Positions 55,569 through 64,000 of a DNA stretch of 64,000 nt are shown here, in pieces. The stretch's first letter is position 1, and each line of letters starts with the position of its first letter. The notes below the pieces were generated by a model. That model was not told where the DNA came from. It was given only the letters and a program-made list of their open reading frames with translations, and made no database searches. A program made the translations under genes and the position numbers. Source of the stretch: a virus; the IMG/VR virus record IMGVR_UViG_3300025687_005582, positions 1-64,000 of that record; one strand, given 5' to 3'.

Positions 55569-58301
55569 ATGCAAGATAATAACTACAAAAACCAGTTACT
55601 TATTGTAAATCAAAATCTGGTAGGTATCAAAGATCGCGGAACTGTCAATAACAATGCAGTTGTTTCTGGTACAGTAATAACTTTCCATCCAATGGTTCGT
55701 GATAACTGGGGAACTTCTGACCCTCTACGAGGAGTTCTCGGGGCTTATTACACAAGATACAGAAGCAGCAAGGGTGAGGCTTTGTATGATTACTCTAACG
55801 CCCTAAGAGCGATAACAAATGGCTATGTACCACAGGATTTTGATCATGGCCCGGGAGGCATTGGTCCTCTTCGTAATCAGCTAGAAGGTGATGCCGGCTT
55901 TGGTACAAACATTATATTCCCGGTTTCTTTCTTTCCTACAACAGACGACAAAATACAGCTAGTGGGAGACCCTTTTGTATGGGACGATTATTCAACAGTA
56001 GCCGGTGGCCTAGGTAATGATTCACAATGGTTTCTGGGCAACTTTGACGAATACGTATTTGGATCTCTAAAAACGCCGGCAAGCCAACTATTAATCATAG
56101 AAGATATTGTAAATGAGAATACGGCAGTATATCAAGGGCTTTTTAACGATCAAAATATTGAGAATAGATCGTTTTCAGACCACACTTCTATACACTTCCT
56201 ATTGTCTAGCGATCGTTCTTTGAGAGAGCGTTCGGGCGTCCTAACCAGTGTTGATTCAATTTACAATTATTACGTTAACTCTAATCCAGACTACGAAGAC
56301 GTTATTGCTGATCCGAGAGTCGAAGAGTATTTGATTCCTAATGCTTACTATCTACAGCTTGAGTTACGGAACACAGCTTCGTTTCCTCTAGTTCCTTATC
56401 ACGTTTCCGCAATCCAGTTTGGTGCATATGGTATTGCCGAGGCGGTTGTCCAAGCTCAAACGCCAACAGGGCCAGTGAATTGGTTCAATGTTGGCTCATT
56501 TGGATTAACAGAAAATAACATTGGCAGTTACTATAGTCTATATTCAGACGGTATGTCATCGCGTATATCAACCCTTGATCAAAATGCTAAAAACTATTTT
56601 CAAAATGTTAATGGCGATATAGCCATTTTGCATTCCGATATAGGTGTTTTGAATCTTGATTCGATTGAGCCCATGAGTATTCCATTCTTTAATAAAATAA
56701 CGATTGGTCAAGATACGGAGGGTCTATCAAATTCTACATCCTTCTTGGGAAATATTCTTTCAAATCCGGATACATCTAACTATGTTGATATGCTTCAAGC
56801 CTTTGCTATTTTGAGCTACGATGGTACAAATCCGCCAGCGGCTCAATTTTCCACAAGATATAAGATTCTTAATAACGTAAATAACTTAAATGATTACACA
56901 TTTGAATCAAACGATATTGGATTTCCAATATTATTTGATTTGGGAGATATGCTTTCATCGGGGATGGCGAATTCGGGCTTGTATCAAGAAATAATGTTGT
57001 TTTATCAGAACAAGTCTCCTGGCGGCATATCCTCCATTACTTCGAATGTAAAATTCTTAAGAGATTATTACGGAAGATCATTAGATGATCTTATGGGCGA
57101 TGTCTCTTTTGATGCTGTACAGGCTTCAAACATCTATGATATCGCTCTAGCGCAATCTGATCTTAATAGCGAGGTCTTCAAGAGAAGTCTAAAGCAGATT
57201 TTTCAAAACAAAACTTGTCATTCTGAAACCCTTCTGTATGTTGTAGAAAAGTATCGCGTCGAGGATAATCAGTTAGTACAAAAGATCTTCATTTCTCCCA
57301 ATATCGATGGGACAGGGCCCGACCTAACATACTACGACTCCCAGGTCAAATACAACACCAAATATCGATACGACTTCAAGAAGGTAGTTTTAGTTTTTGG
57401 TAATACATACACCTACCCTGATCGTAGCGGGTTTTCAGCCGGCTCGTCTGCGGCTAGTGCTAATGTAGAAAACATACAAAACACTCCATCCATAAAGGCT
57501 ATTTTGGTTCCATACACAACAGACGGAATCGAAGTAGCTATTATAGATAGGCCACCAGTTTCTCCAAGCATATCTTTCTACCCAGTTAAGGGTGACGATA
57601 CGAATGTAAAGATATTACTGAATGCAAGCACTGGTGATTATATGGATAGACCGATTCAGATATTGGATACTGACGCACAGTTTTATGAAGAAGAATACTT
57701 TGGGCAGACAGGAGTCAACAAATCATTTGAAGATATCCGCTCTGAGAATAGAAAGATTCAATTTAAGTCAGATGATCCGGTGGATAAGTACCAGTTGTTT
57801 AGAATTGGCAACATGCCTACTTCATATCGTGATTTTAATAACAACTTTGTTGAAGTGGATCCTGAGATTGGTGTCGCCGGTTATTATCAAGATAACCTCT
57901 TGCCAAATACAAAGTATTACTATTGTGCCCGCTCGTTGGATGTTCACAATAACATTTCTAATCCGACATATATTTTCGAAATCGAGATGGTCAATAATGA
58001 TGGCCAGATTTTCTTAAGGCAGGATATATTTACTTTTGAGGCAGCAAAACCTGAAGTTGTAAAAAATGGAAGAAGATTTATTTATATAGAGCCAAGCTTC
58101 AATCAGGTTGCTTTAGAGAATCCACCGGATGCCCCAGCAAACGTCAACGTAGCTCCGGAAAACAACATTCTTGGCATTGCTGATCAGCAAGAATCTTGTT
58201 GGAATGAAACATTTAAGATCAGAGTGACAAGTAAGAAGACAGGTAAAAAGTTGGATCTAAATTTAACTTTTAAAAATTCAGGAGTTACAAATCCTAGCTA
58301 A
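55569..58301 (+). CDS. Hypothetical virion protein with FN3-like C-terminal region
   Basis: YYDSQVKYNTKYRY and YQDNLLPNTKYYYCARSLD..NISNP. Confidence 0.6.
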   Translation: MQDNNYKNQLLIVNQNLVGIKDRGTVNNNAVVSGTVITFHPMVRDNWGTSDPLRGVLGAYYTRYRSSKGEALYDYSNALRAITNGYVPQDFDHGPGGIGPLRNQLEGDAGFGTNIIFPVSFFPTTDDKIQLVGDPFVWDDYSTVAGGLGNDSQWFLGNFDEYVFGSLKTPASQLLIIEDIVNENTAVYQGLFNDQNIENRSFSDHTSIHFLLSSDRSLRERSGVLTSVDSIYNYYVNSNPDYEDVIADPRVEEYLIPNAYYLQLELRNTASFPLVPYHVSAIQFGAYGIAEAVVQAQTPTGPVNWFNVGSFGLTENNIGSYYSLYSDGMSSRISTLDQNAKNYFQNVNGDIAILHSDIGVLNLDSIEPMSIPFFNKITIGQDTEGLSNSTSFLGNILSNPDTSNYVDMLQAFAILSYDGTNPPAAQFSTRYKILNNVNNLNDYTFESNDIGFPILFDLGDMLSSGMANSGLYQEIMLFYQNKSPGGISSITSNVKFLRDYYGRSLDDLMGDVSFDAVQASNIYDIALAQSDLNSEVFKRSLKQIFQNKTCHSETLLYVVEKYRVEDNQLVQKIFISPNIDGTGPDLTYYDSQVKYNTKYRYDFKKVVLVFGNTYTYPDRSGFSAGSSAASANVENIQNTPSIKAILVPYTTDGIEVAIIDRPPVSPSISFYPVKGDDTNVKILLNASTGDYMDRPIQILDTDAQFYEEEYFGQTGVNKSFEDIRSENRKIQFKSDDPVDKYQLFRIGNMPTSYRDFNNNFVEVDPEIGVAGYYQDNLLPNTKYYYCARSLDVHNNISNPTYIFEIEMVNNDGQIFLRQDIFTFEAAKPEVVKNGRRFIYIEPSFNQVALENPPDAPANVNVAPENNILGIADQQESCWNETFKIRVTSKKTGKKLDLNLTFKNSGVTNPS

Positions 58302-58316
58302 TAAGCAAAAATAAAA

Positions 58317-58323
58317 CTATTTA
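58317..58323 (+). promoter_or_regulatory. CTATTTA candidate late promoter (also at 3065, 8713, 30687, 39811 and 62984)
   Basis: The same heptamer lies 12-94 nt upstream of six gene starts, mostly structural or head-type genes. Confidence 0.5.
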
Positions 58324-58341
58324 AAGGAAGAGGATAATAAT

Positions 58342-59268
58342 ATGGGTTTCTTAGACAATTCTGGCGACATCATTTTGGACGCTGTACTAACCGACTTGGG
58401 TCGTAAAAGGCTGGCCGAAGGAAATGGTAGATTTAACATCTCAAAGTTTGCTTTAGGTGACGACGAGATTGACTACAGCTTGTACGATAAAAACAATTCT
58501 AGTGGCTCTGCTTACTACGACATTAACATCCTACAGACTCCTGTTTTGGAAGCCTTCACGAACAACATGTCCAGCATGAAGTCCAGACTTCTATCTTACT
58601 CTAGAAACGATCTTCTTTACTTACCAGTAATCCTCACTAACACAACAGCGGGTGGACAGCCATTTTATACCGGACTAAACTCCTATGTTGTATTAGTAGA
58701 TCAAACAACCGTTAATACAGTCGCCGGCACAGGCACAAACGCACTTGCTGCTGGTATCTTAAATGGTTTTAGGCCATCTGAGGGAGCCAACTATGTTGAA
58801 GCTGATCAGGGCTTAGATACAACTGAGCTATCTTCTGATCAGACACTGGCTCAAGTAGACGATCAGCTAGTAGAGACACAATACTTTGTTCAGATAGATA
58901 ATCGTTTAGGTCAGCTTCGTGCCGCTTCTGGAGAAGGTTCGTTTGCTCCTTCTTCAATCGATGACGATAATATCGCCACATACATCTTTAGTCGCGATGA
59001 TGACTCTAGCGTTGTATCTGATGTTGCTGCTAATGCCGCTTCTATCATCAGAGGTCCGAGAGGCTCTAGAGTCCAGCTTAAGATTGCTTCCTCTTTGGAT
59101 CTCAGAACGAGTACCTTCTTGTTTAATCAGCTTGGTTCAACAGGAACAACTGCTATTGGCGATTTGGCATCTGGAAATTATAAGTTTATTGATACAATAG
59201 TTAGAGTTTCTGGTGTTTCAACGGGATATACACTGGATGTCCCTGTTAGATTTGTAAAGCAAAACTAG
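58342..59268 (+). CDS. Virion structural protein resembling the N-half of a tail-collar (DUF3751-like) domain
   Basis: DAVLTDLGRKRLAEG..ISKFALGDDEIDY. Confidence 0.65.
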   Translation: MGFLDNSGDIILDAVLTDLGRKRLAEGNGRFNISKFALGDDEIDYSLYDKNNSSGSAYYDINILQTPVLEAFTNNMSSMKSRLLSYSRNDLLYLPVILTNTTAGGQPFYTGLNSYVVLVDQTTVNTVAGTGTNALAAGILNGFRPSEGANYVEADQGLDTTELSSDQTLAQVDDQLVETQYFVQIDNRLGQLRAASGEGSFAPSSIDDDNIATYIFSRDDDSSVVSDVAANAASIIRGPRGSRVQLKIASSLDLRTSTFLFNQLGSTGTTAIGDLASGNYKFIDTIVRVSGVSTGYTLDVPVRFVKQN

Positions 59269-59288
59269 TTAAATAAAAGGATTTTATA

Positions 59289-60335
59289 ATGGCCACATCA
59301 TTTAAAGAGTTAGAGAGCGGACGAGATTCCGTAGTAACAAGAAACCTACTTCACGAAGCAATCCCGATTACAGGCTCGATTGTTTCTGGAACATACGCAG
59401 ATAACAACATTAAGAACTTTTCTCACGGTATCTTCCAGGCTGTGTACGATTACCCTTACTTGAGTTCTTCTGCTAATCATATTTTTGATTTAACAGTCGG
59501 ATACTCTTCTGATTCACCTCGTTCTGGCTCGGGGAACACCCAGCAGGAAAAGAAGATTAACGTTTACAACGAACTAGCACAGGTCTTGGTCGGTTACGAT
59601 GAGAACGGAGCAGTTCGTCGCTTCGATGAGGACGGCGATCTTACCGGTGGCACAAAGATTCGATCCGCTTACTTTGTTAACTTTGCACGTTTGCTTACAA
59701 AAGATGAGATCAAGAAAGGCTCCTTCACTTTAACTCTTGGTGTAGGAAGCACATACGCTTCTCCATTTGGCGCGAATACAATCGATTTGGTAGATTTTAG
59801 CGGCTCTAACGGATACAAGATCAACTCACCAGCCGGCGAGTACGGTGTTCTATATGCTACTGGTTCAGCGCTAGCCGGATCTGGCTATCAGAAAGCTGGC
59901 CTAATCTACTATCAGGCCGGCATCGCAGTTGTTACAGCATCCGTATTTGGTGGTCTTCTAACAACACCAGCGGTAATGGACGCAGCCGGAAATCTAATTA
60001 ACGATATCTTGACTGGCTCAACTATTGCTTCTGGCTCTGATGCACTTCGCCATAGAGTTCAGAACATCTCATTTAACAACACGACAGAGTTAAACTCTAC
60101 CATTTACTTCTGCCGTGCTAACAACACAGATTTCAACTACTCTTCAAACCCAACTTATCTTTCCTCAAGTAAGATGGTTGTTAAGACAAACTCACAGGAT
60201 CTTCCAGTATCCTATGTATCAACTGTTGGTCTTTACTCCCCAGATAACGAGCTACTCGCAGTTGCTAAGTTGTCTGAGCCTCTTAAGAAAGATCCAAGCA
60301 CTGAGTTTACAATCAGAGTAAGACTTGATTACTAA
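59289..60335 (+). CDS. Virion structural protein resembling the C-half of a tail-collar domain
   Basis: FNYSSNPTY, YVSTVGLYSPDNELLAVAKLSEPLKK..IRVRLDY. Confidence 0.65.
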   Translation: MATSFKELESGRDSVVTRNLLHEAIPITGSIVSGTYADNNIKNFSHGIFQAVYDYPYLSSSANHIFDLTVGYSSDSPRSGSGNTQQEKKINVYNELAQVLVGYDENGAVRRFDEDGDLTGGTKIRSAYFVNFARLLTKDEIKKGSFTLTLGVGSTYASPFGANTIDLVDFSGSNGYKINSPAGEYGVLYATGSALAGSGYQKAGLIYYQAGIAVVTASVFGGLLTTPAVMDAAGNLINDILTGSTIASGSDALRHRVQNISFNNTTELNSTIYFCRANNTDFNYSSNPTYLSSSKMVVKTNSQDLPVSYVSTVGLYSPDNELLAVAKLSEPLKKDPSTEFTIRVRLDY

Positions 60336-60355
60336 AGCGAATATGTGGTTATGTT

Positions 60356-61564
60356 ATGCCTTACTACAAGTTTAAACGGAATGAAGTATATAACAATACT
60401 TTAAAGACTTATCCAAGCGTTAAATTTGTAGTTTATTCTGGCTCCGCATATTACAACAACACACCAAACATTTCTGGTGCTTTTGCCGATCCTATTCGTT
60501 TAACGGATGGCGGCAAAGTATCTTTATATGAGTTGAACATTGATAGAGTTAGTTCCTCAACAGGGCGCACTATTGGCGAAGTAAATGATAATGGCCTTAT
60601 CTTTCCATTTGTTGTAAAGAACGGCACTCGCATAGATTTTAGAACTTCCACAGAAGCAGCGTTCAATAGTGCTAGTTACGGTGATGTTCTTGTTAGTTCG
60701 TACCCATACACATCAAGCATCGATAAAGAGTATTACAGCACAACAACCGCGAGAATAGGAACTGTTACATCACTAACAGATGGTTATGTTTCTCATCTTC
60801 GTGCTCTCAAGAACACCATCAATCACTATAACTATGTGAACCCGCACTTTGAATATTCTTCATCTCTATATCAAAGAGATTTTGATACGGATGAGGTTGG
60901 TTTGGTAAGTATCCCATCGGTATTCTATGGTTCACAGATTAAGAAAGGCTCTATCAATCTTGAATATTATTTCACAGGAACTTTGATCGGAAGAGCACAG
61001 GATACAAACAGAGACGGAGTTTTATATTCTACATACGGTGTGGGCTCTGGTAGTGCGATTGGGTTGGCTCTCTACAATGAAGGGTTCTTGATTTTAACAG
61101 GATCAGAAAGTCTAAACGGTAGCAGCGATGCTTACCTACCAGGGAACGATAGCCCAAAGTGGGTTTACTTTGCTCAGTCCATATCTGGTTCTATCAAGGC
61201 GCCAAATTCTTCTTACGTTATGCAGATGAGTGGCACCTCTTATACACAAACTCTCACTATGTTTGCAACAGCCCAGAAGGGCGATTTGAACCACTCAAAC
61301 AATCCAACGTATACTCAATATTCAACGGGTAGTTATGCTGCTACTAGCTCGTATGCTTATTTGGAACTAACCAACAGACCAATCAAAAACATTGTTAGTT
61401 CTTCCTATCCCGACCCAACCGGCTCATTTGAAAAAACAACATACATCTCAAAGATCGGTATCTACGATGAAGATAAAAATCTTATCGGTATCGCCAAGGT
61501 CGCGACACCAGTAAAGAAAACCGTAGAGCGAGATTTCACATTTAAGATCAAGCTTGACATCTGA
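60356..61564 (+). CDS. Virion structural protein, paralog of 59289..60335
   Basis: IKKGS, LNHSNNPTY, YISKIGIYDEDKNLIGIAKVATPVKK..FKIKLDI. Confidence 0.65.
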   Translation: MPYYKFKRNEVYNNTLKTYPSVKFVVYSGSAYYNNTPNISGAFADPIRLTDGGKVSLYELNIDRVSSSTGRTIGEVNDNGLIFPFVVKNGTRIDFRTSTEAAFNSASYGDVLVSSYPYTSSIDKEYYSTTTARIGTVTSLTDGYVSHLRALKNTINHYNYVNPHFEYSSSLYQRDFDTDEVGLVSIPSVFYGSQIKKGSINLEYYFTGTLIGRAQDTNRDGVLYSTYGVGSGSAIGLALYNEGFLILTGSESLNGSSDAYLPGNDSPKWVYFAQSISGSIKAPNSSYVMQMSGTSYTQTLTMFATAQKGDLNHSNNPTYTQYSTGSYAATSSYAYLELTNRPIKNIVSSSYPDPTGSFEKTTYISKIGIYDEDKNLIGIAKVATPVKKTVERDFTFKIKLDI

Positions 61565-61576
61565 TATTATTCGGAT

Positions 61577-62113
61577 ATGATTTTAGGACTTGACATCTCA
61601 ACCAGTATTACTGGCTTAACAATATTAGACCCCGAAACTGGCGCCATTCTTTATTGCGATCATATTGATATGCGCAAAGAAAAAAACTTCTTTAAGAAGG
61701 CTGATATGATTGAAGATAAGTTAGAAAACATATCATATCGGTTTTACATAGGCAGGATCTATGTAGAGCAATCGCTTCAATCATTCCGCTCAGGATTCTC
61801 ATCAGCACAAACGCTTTCGCTTTTATCAAAGATCAATGGTATAGTTTCTTGGCAATGTTATAAGATCTTTGGCTTACAACCTCAATATCTCGCAGCCATA
61901 TCTGCCAGAAAGTTGGTCGGCATTCAAGTTCCCAAAGGTCAGAAAGCAAAAGAAGTCGTTATGAAGTTTGTTATTGACAACGTGGAAGACTTTAATGTAG
62001 AGTATACCCGTCACGGCAATCCAAAGCCCGGTTATGCTGACCGCGCCGACAGTTACGTGATAGCAAAAGCGGGGTATATAAATGATAGACAAGAAACTCA
62101 AAATCCTAACTAA
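61577..62113 (+). CDS. RuvC-like Holliday junction resolvase
   Basis: ILGLDISTSITG, YVEQ, DRADSYVIA. Confidence 0.85.
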   Translation: MILGLDISTSITGLTILDPETGAILYCDHIDMRKEKNFFKKADMIEDKLENISYRFYIGRIYVEQSLQSFRSGFSSAQTLSLLSKINGIVSWQCYKIFGLQPQYLAAISARKLVGIQVPKGQKAKEVVMKFVIDNVEDFNVEYTRHGNPKPGYADRADSYVIAKAGYINDRQETQNPN

Positions 62114-63017
62114 TGTTCTCGGAGCATCTTATCGCTCCAACAATGAGTTTCTTTTTTCCTGTCCTTACTGCAAACACCACAAACGCAAGTTCTCGGTAAA
62201 CATAGACAAAGGCTATTACAAGTGCTGGGTCTGTGATACACGCGGTAAAAACATTTATCGTGTTATCCGACGCTTTGGAACAAACCACGACAAGTCTCAA
62301 TGGCGTGACATCACAGGCACCGTTGATTATGAGAAGCTTGAAGATCTTTTTGCCGAGAAAGTAGAAGAAAAACAAATACTTGATATGCCCGAAGGTTTTG
62401 TATCTTTGGCGAATAAAGATATTCCACCTACCGGATTTGCTGCCCGAAACTATCTACGAAAGCGCGGCATCACAAAGCAAGATATTGTTTGGTGGAAGAT
62501 GGGCTATTGTAGTAAAGGAGAGTATGAAAATCGCATTATCATTCCTTCGTTTGATGATGAAGGCGATTTGAACTACTTTGTTTCTCGGTCTTATGATAAG
62601 AAAGCTTACCCAAAGTATAAGAACCCGCCAGCAAGTAAGAACATTATATTCAACGATTTGTTTGTGGATTGGAGTTCGGACATTATATTGGTGGAGGGAG
62701 TCTTCGATGCTGTGGTTGCCGGTCGTAATTCTGTACCTCTTCTTGGATCCACACTAAATCAAAACTCTTCTCTTCTACAAAAGATTGTAAAAGAAGACGC
62801 AGGCGTTTATATCGCTTTGGATCCCGACGCAAGAAAGAAAGAGTTGGAAATCATCAAAACTTTGTTGGATTTTGATATTGAAGTTTGGAAAGTAAACATC
62901 GGAGAGAATGAAGATGTTGGGTCAATGACGAAGGGTAACTTCCAGAAATGTTTGGACAAAGCGACCCTTATTACATCAGACAACTATTTACTGTTGACGC
63001 TCGCTATGTCGGTGTAA
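62082..63017 (+). CDS. DNA primase (zinc finger plus TOPRIM)
   Basis: CPYC..CWVC, YLRKRGI, RIIIP, LVEGVFDA, ALDPDA. Confidence 0.9.
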   Translation: MIDKKLKILTNVLGASYRSNNEFLFSCPYCKHHKRKFSVNIDKGYYKCWVCDTRGKNIYRVIRRFGTNHDKSQWRDITGTVDYEKLEDLFAEKVEEKQILDMPEGFVSLANKDIPPTGFAARNYLRKRGITKQDIVWWKMGYCSKGEYENRIIIPSFDDEGDLNYFVSRSYDKKAYPKYKNPPASKNIIFNDLFVDWSSDIILVEGVFDAVVAGRNSVPLLGSTLNQNSSLLQKIVKEDAGVYIALDPDARKKELEIIKTLLDFDIEVWKVNIGENEDVGSMTKGNFQKCLDKATLITSDNYLLLTLAMSV

Positions 63018-63031
63018 AAGGAAACATAAAA

Positions 63032-63601
63032 ATGAAACTTATAATGGAAAACTTTAAAAAGTTTATCAACGAAGAGGAAGACGCTATGCGCGGTGCTGAT
63101 CGTCCTGGCGCCGGCATTGAAGATGTCCCCCAGCCAGAAGGTGAAGAGCCAATCGACGTTCTTATGGACGTGAAGGCACGCCTAGCAGGTATGAGTGAAG
63201 AAGAGTTGATGCAGTTAGCCGCAGACTTAGACGGAGGTATGGTTACAGCACTTCGCCACATTCTTTCTGATAAGATGTATGCTCCAACGGGCGAGTTTGA
63301 TAGTCTTCCACAGATCGGTGATGATCCACGAGATCAAAGTCCTTTGGAAGAGATGCACGAAGGCTACGGCCCCGGCGGCGTCCGTGGGTCAAGCTACAGT
63401 GGGTTTCCTCCGGCTCAGGCCCGCGCCCTCGCTAAGCAGCTAGCTACCATGAGCAGTAGGAAATCACTTAGCTATGGAGATGAAGGAAAATTGAATGATT
63501 ACCTGAGGCAGCAGAAATACAGCACTAGTAGAGAAGCCAAAGACGATATCATTAAATACTTGGTTGGAAATGGATTTGGATATCGCGCAGATTATACATA
63601 A
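63032..63601 (+). CDS. Hypothetical protein with MKLIMENFKKFINE leader, probable head/internal protein
   Basis: ATG63032 after AAGGA; CTATTTA at 62984; ORF track 62948..63601. Confidence 0.6.
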   Translation: MKLIMENFKKFINEEEDAMRGADRPGAGIEDVPQPEGEEPIDVLMDVKARLAGMSEEELMQLAADLDGGMVTALRHILSDKMYAPTGEFDSLPQIGDDPRDQSPLEEMHEGYGPGGVRGSSYSGFPPAQARALAKQLATMSSRKSLSYGDEGKLNDYLRQQKYSTSREAKDDIIKYLVGNGFGYRADYT

Positions 63602-63629
63602 GGACGAAAATCTAAAATAACACTTGACT

Positions 63630-63669
63630 AACTCTACCGTTGGTATATACTGACGGTAGAGTTTTTTTT
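63630..63669 (+). terminator. Intrinsic terminator overlapping a sigma70-like promoter
   Basis: AACTCTACCGTTGGT..ACTGACGGTAGAGTT stem followed by a T8 run; TTGACT (63624) - 16 nt - TATACT (63646). Confidence 0.75.
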
Positions 63670-63683
63670 ATTGGGAGTAAAAC

Positions 63684-64000
63684 TTGGGATACAAAATCGC
63701 GCACATCGCAGACACACACATCAAAAATCTAAAATATCATTACGAATACAAGAAAGTATTTGAGCAACTTTACGATACTCTTCGTAAAGAGAACGTAGAT
63801 TACATTGTTCACTGCGGCGATATTGCCCATACAAAGACGCAGATTTCACCAGAGTTTGTTGAGTTATGCTCAGACTTCTTTGCTAATCTTGAGTCTATTG
63901 CGCCTACCTACATTATCTTGGGCAACCACGACGGCAACTTGAAGAACAGCAGCCGTCAGGACGCTCTGTCGCCCATTGTAAGCGCTTTGAACCTCCCTAA
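63684..64000 (+). CDS. Mre11/SbcD (gp47-like) metallophosphoesterase nuclease, truncated by the window end
   Basis: TTG start after GGGAG; translated by hand: IAHIADTH, VHCGDIAH, ILGNHD. Confidence 0.9.
   Translation, partial: MGYKIAHIADTHIKNLKYHYEYKKVFEQLYDTLRKENVDYIVHCGDIAHTKTQISPEFVELCSDFFANLESIAPTYIILGNHDGNLKNSSRQDALSPIVSALNLP

Noticed and set aside
61554-61581. Sigma70 promoter at TTGACA before the RuvC-like gene
   Set aside because: The only suitably spaced -10 (TATGAT) overlaps the start codon
1-64000. Stop-codon reassignment, as in some huge phages
   Set aside because: Standard-code ORFs tile the window densely; TAA, TAG and TGA all end recognisable full-length genes; no suppressor tRNA seen

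Overview
A 64 kb piece of a large lytic, contractile-tailed dsDNA phage genome (jumbo or huge-phage type, inferred from gene content). It uses the standard genetic code, and every credible gene is on the + strand. In order: (1) 0-4.3 kb, acidic probable head/internal proteins, including a KxDG ligase-like (DUF6267-type) domain fused to a HIGH-type nucleotidyltransferase; (2) 4.3-7.6 kb, a tmRNA, a SpoU/TrmH methyltransferase and six CCA-ending tRNAs; (3) 7.6-11.7 kb, SNase-like nuclease, cytidylyltransferase, PIN-PhoH, zincin and Cas4-like nuclease; (4) 11.7-29.1 kb, a glycan cassette of about 21 genes with GT4/GT2/GT29-like transferases, a KdsA-HAD-NeuA ulosonate module, dTDP deoxy/amino/C-methyl sugar enzymes and a sulfotransferase-like gene, but no membrane export machinery; (5) a phage sigma factor and a 30 kb baseplate/tail module, several of whose proteins are rich in [S/T]-[G/A/S]-S tripeptides; (6) RuvC-like resolvase, primase and the start of an Mre11/gp47 nuclease. 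The best candidate for a new system is phage-encoded virion glycosylation using a Kdo/sialic-acid-like sugar, a GT29-like transferase and possibly an S/T-G-S acceptor motif. All family assignments come from motifs recognised by eye; no searches were run.
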